Shown here: piece after piece, positions 12,119 through 24,761 of the stretch | Position numbering within the stretch: position 1 is the first letter of the stretch | Layout of the letters: every line of letters begins with the position of its first letter | Assembly: GCA_023213395.1 (NCBI GenBank) | Contig: CM041465.1 | Span: 72,485,741 to 72,549,740, forward strand | Origin: Cycas panzhihuaensis | Lineage: Eukaryota > Plantae > Cycadophyta | Direction of reading: 5' to 3' | Length of the DNA stretch: 64,000 nt | The notes under the pieces: model-generated | What the model was told of the DNA's origin: nothing | The model's database searches: none | Seen by the model: only the letters and a program-made list of their open reading frames with translations | Made by a program: the position numbers and the translations under genes

Positions 12119-14559
12119 TTTAGAAGGCATTGATATGCTTCTAAGGAGTCTTAGTGGCATCCACTCCTACCCCTACTTAGGTGACTAACCTCTCTAAGAG
12201 TAGTGATGACTTAAATTCATGTATTTTCTAATCTCAACTAAAGGAAACTTCATCTATCATCCCACATATCCCATTTGCGACTATGACTATGTATATTCCT
12301 ATGTCTAATATTCTTATAATAGTCCTTCTTTTATAGATCATTCCTCTTGTCCAACCTAGCACTGGGCTATCTCATTCTATCATCTAGTATACTATTATTT
12401 GGTTAAATCCTACCATCACCTAAGTACCTCATCCTACCCCTTAGTTTTTTGTGGCTTAGGGTATTTCAAGGGCTACACCATAACCTACTTAGGTTATAGC
12501 CCAACCCATACTCAGTTATAATATTCCACCTAATTATGTGCCCTAATAATAAGGATTTATTATATCTCAACTAGACATGATTTATAACCCCGATCCCTAG
12601 TATATCTTTACGGTCACCTCTTTACTAGGAGTTCTATATGGGCAAACTAACTTTCTCATCCTCCATCCTACAATATCCATCTTTGTCAGGGATGTCGATT
12701 GGTGCCTAACTAAGTCCATGTCCCTATTAACTTATTGAAGTTTAACCATTAACTACTATCATTATTCCATCTATTTATCCCCCTTAGTAAACCTAGTTTA
12801 TTTCATCCTACAAGGATTAATAGGCCCAATCCTATACTACCCCTAATCCAATAATCTTATAAGATATTCTTATAGAGGGAGGAGTCATATATAGTACTTA
12901 AGCTTCTTATAATATGTGGCAAACCCTTTACCAACTAATTCAAGTTACCTAACCTATTAAACCACCTTCTACTCAGGTATATTCTTGTAGAATCCCTAGT
13001 TATAAAGAACCCATGACCTATGTAGTGATCTCAAACTCGATTAGGTGAATCCCTCAACCAACTCTAGTTATTCATACTACTACATACTAGACTATTTAGT
13101 AAGGGTAACTCCCCTATAGTAGCATGTAGGCCTATCCATAATGGCAATCCTAAACTAGGACTACTATTACTTTAGTCCAACTTAGGGTATTTTCCCCTAT
13201 GGACTATTAAAGTGGTCCTCTTTCCCTTCATGTGCTCAAGACCACATTATGATAAAATTGTTCCTATAATCATTTCATAGGGATGTACTTGAGTAGTTTT
13301 ATTGTTAACCTCCTCATTTAATCCACTCATTTTAGCAACTAAATGACACTTTTATCAATTATTTTAATGCATCTAAAGACTTTAAGAGTGAATTCAAGGC
13401 TCCTTTCTCTCTTAAACAAGGCCCATAAGTGCTTAATTAGGATTTCATTAGATAATTCCATGACCTCCTTCATGCTTCCAAGGCCACACCACTTAAAGAA
13501 CTAAATATAAATATCTTTGTTAATGCTCTATATCAGGAGGACCATGTGGAAGTTCCTAAAATAGATGCTACTACCTGTGACAGTGCAGTCACCAAATGCC
13601 TTGTACCAAAATCCATCAACATATAAGTAGGTATAAAAAAATTGACCAAGCCCACCTTATAGCATGAAGTAACAAACTAGTTAAAAGATCCCAAACCTTA
13701 AAGTAGGACCTTTAATAAGATAATGGACTTATTTACCTATGTTGTTTATTCACTTAAGTGAGTAATACAAGATCTTAAACCTTAAGCAAGACCTGCTAAC
13801 ATGCAAAACTATCTATCTTAGGGTTAAAGAGTTCACCAAGTTATGTAGTATCCTCCTCTGTAAGGAGCACTCTACCTTCTTAAATAATATGGTGCTTTGT
13901 TCATCAAAGTGGTGGTCATGATGATGCCAATTATTAGTCTTATCACCTTAAGCCCACCCCTCCACGATGGCCTCCAGTCGATTTAACTTTAAGGCCTAAC
14001 CTGGAACAACACATTTATAAATACATTTTCCTAAAGCATGATGATAACTAGCCTTAAGATAAAAAATATTATAGAAATACCCAATAATCCCCTTCTAGAG
14101 CTCTTAAGTAGTCACCAAACTTTTAATAAGAGTCATATGAGCTACCTCTTAAATATAAAAATGTAAAATCAATGGGGGTTACCTATTGCTACAATGAAAA
14201 TAGAAAATGTATCATTTAAATATTTGAGGCTTCCCATTTATTTACCATGACTAAAGCCTAGGTAGTTAAAGAAACTAAGGGCCCTTTGCCTTTAAATCCC
14301 CAACCCATAGAAATCTTAGGGCTTCTAAAAACTATCCATATTTAATTAAGTTAATATGGCATTAGAAGGCTTCTCCTCTAACCCTCAGGCAAAGGGAAAT
14401 CCTTCTCTATAAGTCTGTCTATGATGCCCACCCTTAGAAGTTTCATTAACTAGAGGCAACTACTTTTGGAAACTTTGGAACCTTGAGAGGTCAATTTTAT
14501 CCATATAAAACCATTAACCAAACCCCTCATCACCTTCAATCCAAAGGATATCCATTCTA

Positions 14560-14888
14560 TGAAGAAATAAGAAATATTTATATACTTTAGACTACAAGAT
14601 CTTGATCATACATAATTGGCAAATAATAAAGAGCATAGATATAAAGTATACAATATTTTATGTCAAAAACCCTTTCATAAATAAATCCACCATAAAAGAT
14701 CATTAGATTATATTGATGATTCCTTAAATAATTTATAATAGATCATAGGATTATTTATGATCCCTTAAGAAGTACATCCAACCTGAATGGTTATGATCTT
14801 ATGAAATATTTATAATTTTTGACTTAATATTAACTAAACCATATTTTAACATTAATCAAGTGGCTTAGTCTTAACTTCTATATTAACA
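14560..14888 (-). repeat. 3' LTR of the minus-strand host Copia
   Basis: Minus-strand AAGGGAGGA|TGTTAATA junction at 14888. The left end (tgaagaaa at 14560) is inferred because no partner LTR is in the window. Confidence 0.6.
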
Positions 14889-17382
14889 TCCTCCCTTAAC
14901 GTAAATGTAGGGATTCAATTTATAGTTTGGAATCACTGACAAAGCTTGGCATTATCCTTGTTGATACATCCTTCTTTAAGGATAACTTCTTTAAGTCCTA
15001 ATCCTATATGAATCTTAGCAAATTGATCTTCAATAAGTTCTTTAGTAAACACATTTATAAGTTACTTCTCATTAGGATAAAAGTTGACTTACAACTTTCC
15101 TACTTTGATCTATTCACGTATATAGTGGTGATGGATTTTAATGTGCTTTGTACATGTATAAAATTCTAAATTCTTTAATAAATAAATAGTGCTCTAGTTA
15201 TTAACTAACATAACTGGGGCATTACAAGATATATTAATGATATCTAAAAGTCTTTGCAACCATTAAACTTCTCTTACACCAATAATGAGCCCCTAATATT
15301 CTACCGTTATAGAAGATAATGCTACTATCTTTTGTTTCTTTGACTATCACAATATAAATCCATTACCAATACCAAACATATCTAATAGTAGATTTTTAAT
15401 CATCATAGTCTTCTCCCTAATCTACATCAGTGTTGCTATGCAACTTTAGATCTCTGTCATAAAGGTACTTAAGATGAAGATTAAGAGTTCCTTTCAAATA
15501 TCTTAAAATCTACTTTGTTATAACCTAATGTAGCTCATGTGGATTTTGTATATAATAGGAGATTAGTTTGATAGTATAAATAATATATGACTTGGTATGA
15601 ATAAAATAGATTAAACTCCCTACCAGTTGTCTATACAATATTTCATTTATAGTCGATTATTTCATATCTTTCAAGAGATTTGTGCCTTTGCCATGGTATT
15701 CAAATATGTTTGCAGTCCTCCATCTTAAATTTCTTAAGTAAGCTTTTTACATATTTTATTTGTAACATCAGAATTCTATCTTTTATATACCTTACCTCAA
15801 TGCCTAAGAAGTAATGCAAATCCCTGAGATCTATCATGTCAAAGGTAGCTCCTAAAATAGATTTAACTTGCATAATAGTCCTATTACAATTACCAGTGAT
15901 GATTAAATTATCAACATATAACAAAATAGTTACTATTAAAGTTCCTTTCTTTTGAATATACAAATTTGGCTCTAAATTTGTAATAGAAAATCTTTCTTCT
16001 TTTAATTTAGTATCATTCTTTATATACCAAGCATGTGGTACTTGTTTCAGGCTATATAGTGACTTTTTCAACCAATACACGAGATGCTCCTATCATTCCT
16101 TAATAAAACTAAGAGGTTGTGCCATGTCTATTTCCTTTTTCAACTCTTGGTTAAAGAATGTTAACTTTATATCTAATTAACATAGCTCTCAACTATAGTA
16201 AAAGAATAAATAGACCATCATCATCTTGAAAATAAGTGTAAATGTCTCCTTATATTTGATCCCTTCCTTTTTCTTAAAACCCTATAAAATAAGTCTTGCC
16301 TTGTACTTATCTGCTTATCCGTTGAAGTGAAACTTAGCCTTGTAGACCCACTTATAACTAATAAGGTTCTTCTTAAGAGGCAAAGGAACTAACTCCTATG
16401 TTGTATTTTTTATGAGAAAACTAAATTTCTCTTCCATAGGAACTCTCCAGTGTGGATCAGCTTTCATTTCATTATACGAAGTTGGGTCTTTGAAGTTTAT
16501 GGTGTCCACCACTTGAGTTTGACTAGCATATTGGCTTCTTATTTTTCATTCATATATAAGATTATATAATATCAAACTGGAATCTTGAATGGTCTTCCTA
16601 ACCCAAAATATCATAGAAACTCCTGGTGTTATAAGTGTCTCCACACATGATCACTCCTCATTATTACCTTCTCCACTAAGCCCTTCTTCCCTCTAAATCA
16701 CAATGCTTAGTTCCCTATCCTTTGCAGTTGATAAAGTACTAATAAAAAATGGAGGTAGCAAGGGGTTAAAGGATTCTTTAGATGACGTATTCTTCATATG
16801 ATACATTAAAAACTTATTAAATTTTGTATCCAAACTAATCACAAGTTTTCTCTCTATGGATCCCATAGTTTGTAAGCTTTGTTTTGATTAAAATACCCCA
16901 TAAATATATATTTCAAACTCTTGCAATCTATTTTTTTATGATTTTTATTGAGGATGATAACATATGCAATGTATCCAAAAGTCTTTAAATTATCAATGGT
17001 AGGTTTACAACTAATCCAATTTTCTTTAGGGGTCATGCCATGAACTACTTTTATTAGTACCCTATTTAGGATATAAATGATAACTCTAATGGCTTCTACC
17101 CAAATTTTAGATAATAAGTTCTTCACATATACAATACATCTTGTCATTTATACCATGGTATGATTCTTTCTATTGATAACACTATTTTGTTATGGGGTAT
17201 ACAAGACTATAAATTTTTACTTTATACCATGATTTAGATAGAATTGATTGAAAGTATTATAGTTGTATTCCTTTTTATTATTACTCCTAAAAATTTTTAT
17301 TTTCTTCTCACATTTATTTTTGACATGTACCTTCGATCCATGAAAGTGATCAAATAATTCATACTTATTCTTTAGGAAATAC

Positions 17383-17602
17383 TAAAGAGAAAATATAATT
17401 GAGAAGCAATATGATAATAGAACTCTAAACTATGCAAAGAACAAATAACATAAACAAATCAAACACTCAGCAAAGAACACCAGGAGATTCAAGTCTAAGC
17501 ATAGACCTTTTATTAATCTGAGCAACGGCTAAAAAATTATAGAGGTAAATGAACCCCAAATCTTCTTCTTGACTCATCCATGACCATTACATTACACTAC
17601 AT
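17383..17602 (-). repeat. Partial third LTR (R/U5 half)
   Basis: Aligns with 22540-22759 and 18052-18271. Confidence 0.92.
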
Positions 17603-17965
17603 CCTGAGATAATCTACAACTGCATCTCCATCACTTATCTTAAGTGAATACAACTTTTTTCGAAGAAATAACTTATTAACTAAGGACTTTGTCTAATACA
17701 AAGCCTCTAACTTTCTCCACAGATCTTTGGCCATAGACTCTGTGGCAACATTCAGCAATACCATGTCTGAAAGGCATAACCTTATCGAACCGATTGCCTT
17801 TCAATCAAGCTTCTTCCAGTCTTCATCACTCATAGTCACGAGCTTTGTTCCTACTACAATGATACATTGATCCTTCTCGATGAGGATATCTTCCATCTTT
17901 AGCTTCCACAACTCAAAGTTCTTGCCATTGAACTTTTCAATCCCTATCTGTGTAGTGCTTGCCAT
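17603..17965 (-). pseudogene. Duplicated gag N-terminal stub
   Basis: Near-identical to 22090-22453; translates MASTTQIGIEKFNGKNFELWKLKMEDILIEKDQ. Confidence 0.92.
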
Positions 17966-18051
17966 GATCTCCGCACTCAAGTTTATTGCACAAGGCTCCC
18001 ACTTATCAAATGACTTCCCACATAATTAAAACCCTTAGCTCTAATACCAAA

Positions 18052-18436
18052 TAAAAAGAAAATATAACCAAGAAGCAATGTGATAATACAACTCTAAACC
18101 ATGCAAAGAACAAATAACATAAACAAATCAAGCACTCAATAAAGAACAGTAGGAGATTTAGGTCTAAGCATAGACCTTTTATTAATCTGAGCAACAACTA
18201 AAAAATTACAATGATAAATGAACCCCAACTCTTCTCCTTGACTCATCCATGACCATTACATTATACTACATGTGCTATTACATGAGAATATATAGATACA
18301 ACATTACAAGATACTGCCTTGCAGTTTTATAATATAATGGGCATAAATCATTGGGTCGACAAAGACCCCCATAAAGGGGCTCAGGTGTAATGCCTATACC
18401 CATGTAACACTTGCAAAGTATTCAACATATTTAATA
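18052..18436 (-). repeat. Internal LTR lacking the GC-rich module
   Basis: Aligns with 22540-23036 except for a deletion of about 110 bp at ~18370. Confidence 0.93.
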
Positions 18437-18499
18437 ATCTTCCACTTATTGAACACTTTACAAAAAAACCCACATACATAGCTATTGAATACCAAAATC

Positions 18500-21400
18500 A
18501 CAAACACCTATTGCAATTTTACACCATTTAAATTTTTTTGTGCTAGCAATCTTAGTTAATGAGTCTATAACATTCTCTTATGTAGTAATCTTCTGTAAAT
18601 CCACCTTGTGATCTTGAACCATTTCCCTCACAAAATGGAACTGCATATCAATATGCTTTGACTGAGCATGAAAAATAGGATTCTTTACTAAGTATATTAC
18701 ACTTTGACTATCACAATCTATCCTCATAGCATCTTGCTTAAATCCAATATCTGTGCATAATGTCTGTAACCAAACTACTTTCTTACATGCATGAGTTACT
18801 ACCATATACTCTACTTCTATGCTAGAAAGTACCACAACTTGCTATCTTTTACTCATCCAGCTAATTACGCCACCATAAAGGGTAAAAACATACCTGCTTG
18901 TAGATATTCTACTGTTAAGATCTGCAGCTCAATCAGCATCAACAAAACCTCTCAGGTTCATTATTCTACTCTCCATGGGATCTCCTTGATAGCAAATTCC
19001 ATAGTCTGATGTACCTTGCAGATACCCAAAAATCCTTTTCATAGCCACCAAATACTCCCTGCATAGGTTTGATATATACCTATTAACTACTCCCACTGCA
19101 TGGGCAATGTCTGGTTGAGTGTAAACCATCACATACATCAGGCTACCAACAACACTAGCATAAGGGACAAATTCTATGTCTTCAACTTCTTGGTAAGTAT
19201 TTGGGCATTGTTCAACTGATAATTTTAAACTAGCAGAAAGAGGAATATTAACTAGTTTACTATCCTGTAACTTGAACCGTTGCAATATTATCTTAATGTA
19301 CCATCTTTGGATAAGCCAAATCTTCCTATTTATCCTATCCCTTTTAATCTCAATGCCCAAAATAAAATACATAGTACCAAGGTCTTTCATCTCAAAGTGA
19401 GATGCCAGTTGGTCTTTCACAAGTTGGTTCATTCCTTTATTATTACTAACTAAAAGTATGTCATCAACATATAAATCCAAAATAACAAAATAATCACCAC
19501 CCTGCTTATAATAAACACAATGATCTACTTTGCTATGCACAAAGCCATCCACCAACATATGTAAATCAAACTTTTGATACCACATCCTTGGTGATTGTTT
19601 TAAGTCATATAATGAATTTTTCAACCTGTATACTATATTCTCCTTCTCTGCAACTTCAAACCCTTCAAGCTACAACATATAAATTTCTTCCTTGAGGTCA
19701 CCATGGAGAAATGCAGTCTTCACATCCATTTGATCCACCTCAAGGTCATAGGTAGCTGCTACAACCAATAGAAATCTAATTGAAGCAACTTTTGAAATAG
19801 GAGAAAATACCTCACCAAAATCTATTCCATTGACTTAGGAATAGCCCTTTTCTACCAAGCGAGCCTTGTACTTTTCCACAGTACCATCTGCCATGAACTT
19901 CTTCTTGAAGATCCATTTGTTATCAACAGGTTTTCTGCCATCAGGGAGATCCACTAGATCCCATATATTATTTTTGTCTAAGTCCATCACTTCTTCCTAC
20001 ATGGCCTTCATCTAGAGTTGGCTCTCTTTTGACTCTAGAGCCCCTCGAATAGTACCTGGATCACCATTTTTAATAGATAAAACATAAGAGGAGCGACTAA
20101 AGTCTTCAAGAATATACTTGTCAAGCTATCTTCTCTTATGAGTTGATCTCCTCAAGATGTGGGGTTCTTGAGGTTGAGTTATCTCTACAACTGGTTCTTC
20201 CTCTTCAGCTGACTCATATTCTGATGTAGAATATTTATCCCTTACTTTGAATTATACCTTCTTAGAGCGTTCCTCCTTTGGTTCTTCATCCTACTTTAGA
20301 TACTTGAACTCCTCTTTAAAGATAACATCATGTCCATACACAACCTTTTGTGTTTCAAGGCTATAAAGCTTATATCCTTTAACACCATCATCATAGACAA
20401 TGAAAATAGTCATTTGTGCTTTGAAATCAAGCTTAGTCCTCTACTATTAAGAACATGCACAAAAGCTTCACAACCAAAAACTCTAAGATGACTAAGAGAT
20501 GGTTTCTTACCAGATCACACTTCTTCAGGTGTTTTATATACTAAGGCAGTTGTTGGTAATCTATTTATCAAGTAGCTTATAGTCATCATAGCCTCTGCCC
20601 AAAATTTCTTCTCTAATCTAGCAGTACTAAGCATATTCCTCGATCTCTCCAACAAGGTCCTATTTATCCTTTTAGAAACTCTATTTTGCTATGGCGTATA
20701 AGGAATTATCTTTTGTCTTATTATCCCACACTGCTTATAGAATTGCTCAAATTCCTTTGAGCAAAACTCACCTCTATTATCAGTCCTTAGTACCTTGATC
20801 TGCTTGTCACTCTGATTCTCAACCAAGGCCTTAAATTCTTTGAATTTATTGAAGACTTTAGATTTTTACTTAAGAAAGTATAGCCATATCTTTCTCAAGA
20901 AATAATCTATGAATGAGACAAAGTATTTGGACCCACCTAATGAGGGTACATCAATATGTCCAAAAACATCGTTATACACCAATTGTAGAATATCCTTTGC
21001 CCTCTTCAAATTTGAAGGACAATGGACCTGATTCTGTTTGCCATATACACAATGCTCACAGAAATCAAAATCAAAAGAGCCATTAATTCCATAAATGTCT
21101 TCTGCCATACCTTTAGAGAATAAATCATAGAGACCTTTCTCTCCAATATGGCCTAGTCTCTGATACCATAGCATAGTTTTACTAGTAAGTGATATTGGAG
21201 TCTTGTCTTCTTTATTGCTACTTTCAATAATAGCTGGACTGTAACTTCCATCACACACTATACTTGCATCAAACTTATATAGTATTCTAAATTAGACCCC
21301 TCTTACTAACACCAATGCTCCTCGAACCATTTTGTAACTATCTTTATTGAAGATCACTTCTATTCCTACATCCAATTGACTGATAAACAACAGACTCATA

Positions 21401-22453
21401 GCCAAACTAAGAATATGACTCACATCAGGGATATTTTTAACCCTTCCATCCCCAAATCGAACCTTTACCCTTCCATGACCTACAATTTTATATGGGTAAT
21501 GATCCCCAAGAAATACCTCACCTCCATCAATCCTTGTGTATTCACAAAACCAGTCCCTATAGGGAGTAACATGAAATAAAGCACCAAAGTCAATTAACTA
21601 AGACTCAACATTTGATAACTTACCTAAGGTTACCAAATAAACATCACCATTAGCTTCATCAGAGGCTTTTGTTATCGTGGAAGAAGTAGCTTCAGGTGAC
21701 TTTCCCTTGTCAACCTTGACTCGACACTGGCTCTTCATATAGCCAACCTTCCCACATCTTTAGCATACCAAAGGTCCTCTACCTAGAGATTTAGATTTTC
21801 CTCTGGGTTTGGTTGTTTGTTCCTAGATCTTTTTTAGTTGTGATCTAACATTCGACCTCTCACCGCTAATGCTTCTTTCGAATAATCCTCAGAAGATTTT
21901 TGCCTTATCGCTTCTGACAGCAGAGCAACAATAATATCATCAAATTTTAAAGTGGCAATAGATGTGCTACTAATCGTCATCACAAGATTATCCCAGGAAT
22001 CAAGAAGTGAATATAATAGGGTAATACACTTGTCTTCTTTAGACATTGTTATCCCAACTTAAACAAGCTAGCTCACCACGATGTTAAATGCAATGAGATA
22101 ATCTACAACTATATCTCCATCACTCACCCTGAGTGAATACAACTTTTTTCGAAGAAATAGCTTATTACTAGGGACTTTGTCTGATACAAAGCCTCTAACT
22201 TTCTCCACAGATCTTTGGCCATAGACTCTGTGGTAACATTCAACAACACCATGTCTGAAAGGCATAACCTTATCAAATTGATTATCTTTCAATCAAGCTT
22301 CTTACAGTCTTCATCACCCATAGTCATGGGCTTTGTTCCTACTTCAGCGATCCATTGATCCTTCTCGATGAGGATATCTTCCATTTTTAGCTTCCACAGC
22401 TTAAAGTTTTAGCCATTGAACTTTTCAATCCCCATCTTTGTAGTGCTTGCCAT
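18500..22453 (-). pseudogene. Copia gag-pol pseudogene
   Basis: ORFs 21834-22046 (gag), 20866-21258 (WYQRLGHIGEKG, gag-pre-integrase/integrase), 18929-19624 (LYVDDIL, RT) and 18578-18835 (RNase H, SKHIDMQFHFVRE). Confidence 0.95.
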
Positions 22454-22539
22454 GATCTTCATACTCAAGTTCACTACATAAGGCTCCCACTTACCAAATG
22501 ACTTCCCACAGAACTAAAACCCTTAGCTCTGATACCAAA

Positions 22540-23036
22540 TGAAGAGAAAATATAACCAAGAAGAAATGTGATAATAGAACTCTAAACCATGCAAAGAACA
22601 AATAACATAAACAAATCAAGAACTCAATAAAGAACACTAGGAGATTCAGGCCTAAGCATAGACCTTTTATTAATTTGAGCAATAACTAAAAAATTACAGA
22701 GATAAATGAACTTCAACTCTTCTCCTTGACTCATCCATGACCATTACATTATACTACATATGTCATTACATGAGAATATATAGACACAACATTACAAGAT
22801 ACTGCCTTACGATTTTACAATACAATGGGCATAAACCATTGGGTCGACAAAGACCCCCATAAGACACCCAAAAATTTTTCTCAGGGACTCTACCCCCGAA
22901 CCCTTACATGAGGGACCATTGGACCCCCAGACCCCCTAGCCAGGGGCCCTACAATAGGCCCCTGGACCCCATAAAGGGGCTCAAGTGTAATGCTTATACT
23001 CATGTAACACTTGCAAAGTGTTCAACATATCTAACA
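22540..23036 (-). repeat. 5' LTR of element 17383-23036
   Basis: TG...CA termini intact; adjacent to an exact PBS. Confidence 0.95.
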
Positions 23037-23837
23037 AATACACCCAATCCTTCTTGGTATAATTATTTTTAAACACTAAAGCATAGCAAGCTCTAGATAT
23101 AGAAAGGTTTAAGAGAGGACCTATCAAATTATAATGCATAAGCTCTAGCTTCTCCTTAGATATCCAAGCATGATCTTGAGCAAAAGTATAACAATGATGC
23201 TTTTCCTACTATTTTTAGTTAATTTATAACTATTATGCTTTTGTAATTGAAGTGTCTAAGGCATTCATGGTAAAGTTTACTCACATAATCAATGCCTACT
23301 ATAAATGCATAAGATCTATTCTAGGATTGAAACTTCTCAAATACCCAAAAATTATCCCTTACATTTTTAGTAACAAGGATAAATATTTTTTTTCTTAAGA
23401 TCCTTAACTAGACATTTATATTTATAGAGCTCAACCTTTATACCTTATTTGTATATCTCTTGGGCTGACAAAAGGCTCATCTTCATTTAAGGTACGGAAT
23501 ACACACCTTTAAATTTGCCTCCTAGAAGTTAAATAGTGGTAACACCCTCAACAAGTAACACACTCACATCTCCAAGAATAATTTCTACTTCACTAGGATA
23601 AACATTCCATGCATCAAAGTTCTAGTTCTAAAAGAAATATATTTTCACACTCCTAAGTCTAAAATCTAGTAGTCTCTTTGATTTAACTTGGTTGATAAGG
23701 TTGATAGTTTTACATTGTAGGTTACAACATCCTTTCCTTTATCATCCTTATTTGTTTTATATTTGTCCTATATTTTGAACCAATAGTTCTTCTCCTTATG
23801 GTTATATTTCTTGTAGTAAGTACATTTAACAATAAAC

Positions 23838-24760
<923 letters not shown>

Positions 24761-24761
<1 letters not shown>

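Larger units (their letters stand above)
4600..14559 (+). mobile_element. Large old Gypsy-like host remnant (long pyrimidine-rich leader plus gag-like region), split by the Copia at 6850-12118
   Basis: The same C/T-rich composition continues on both sides of the TSD-bounded insertion. A gag-like decayed coding stretch lies at ~13150-13620. The family cannot be resolved by eye. Confidence 0.4.
17383..23036 (-). mobile_element. Ty1/Copia (Tnt1/Tork-like) compound element with three LTR segments and two PBS
   Basis: Perfect TSD aatac (17378-17382 / 23037-23041). 5' LTR 22540-23036, PBS 22526-22537 (exact TGGTATCAGAGC), gag-pol, PPT 18437-18447, second LTR 18052-18436, second PBS 18038-18049, gag stub 17603-17965, partial LTR 17383-17602. 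Confidence 0.95.
14560..23815 (-). mobile_element. Copia element (5'-truncated host), interrupted in its integrase by element 17383-23036
   Basis: 3' LTR ~14560-14888 with PPT (plus-strand tcctccctt, 14889-14897). RT ORF 15700-16080 (LKKSLYSLKQ, LYVDNL) and integrase ORF 16854-17147. The integrase frame resumes at 23037 after the TSD, followed by a protease WILD-like motif at ~23650-23670. It ends at the microsatellite. Confidence 0.88.

Noticed and set aside
22491-22682. Hydrophobic ORF across U5-PBS seen in three LTR copies (also 18006-18197 and 54186-54404), as a possible conserved uORF
   Set aside because: It has no ATG start, the T-rich sequence is naturally stop-poor, and the 54186 copy uses a different frame in its first half, so the frame is not conserved.
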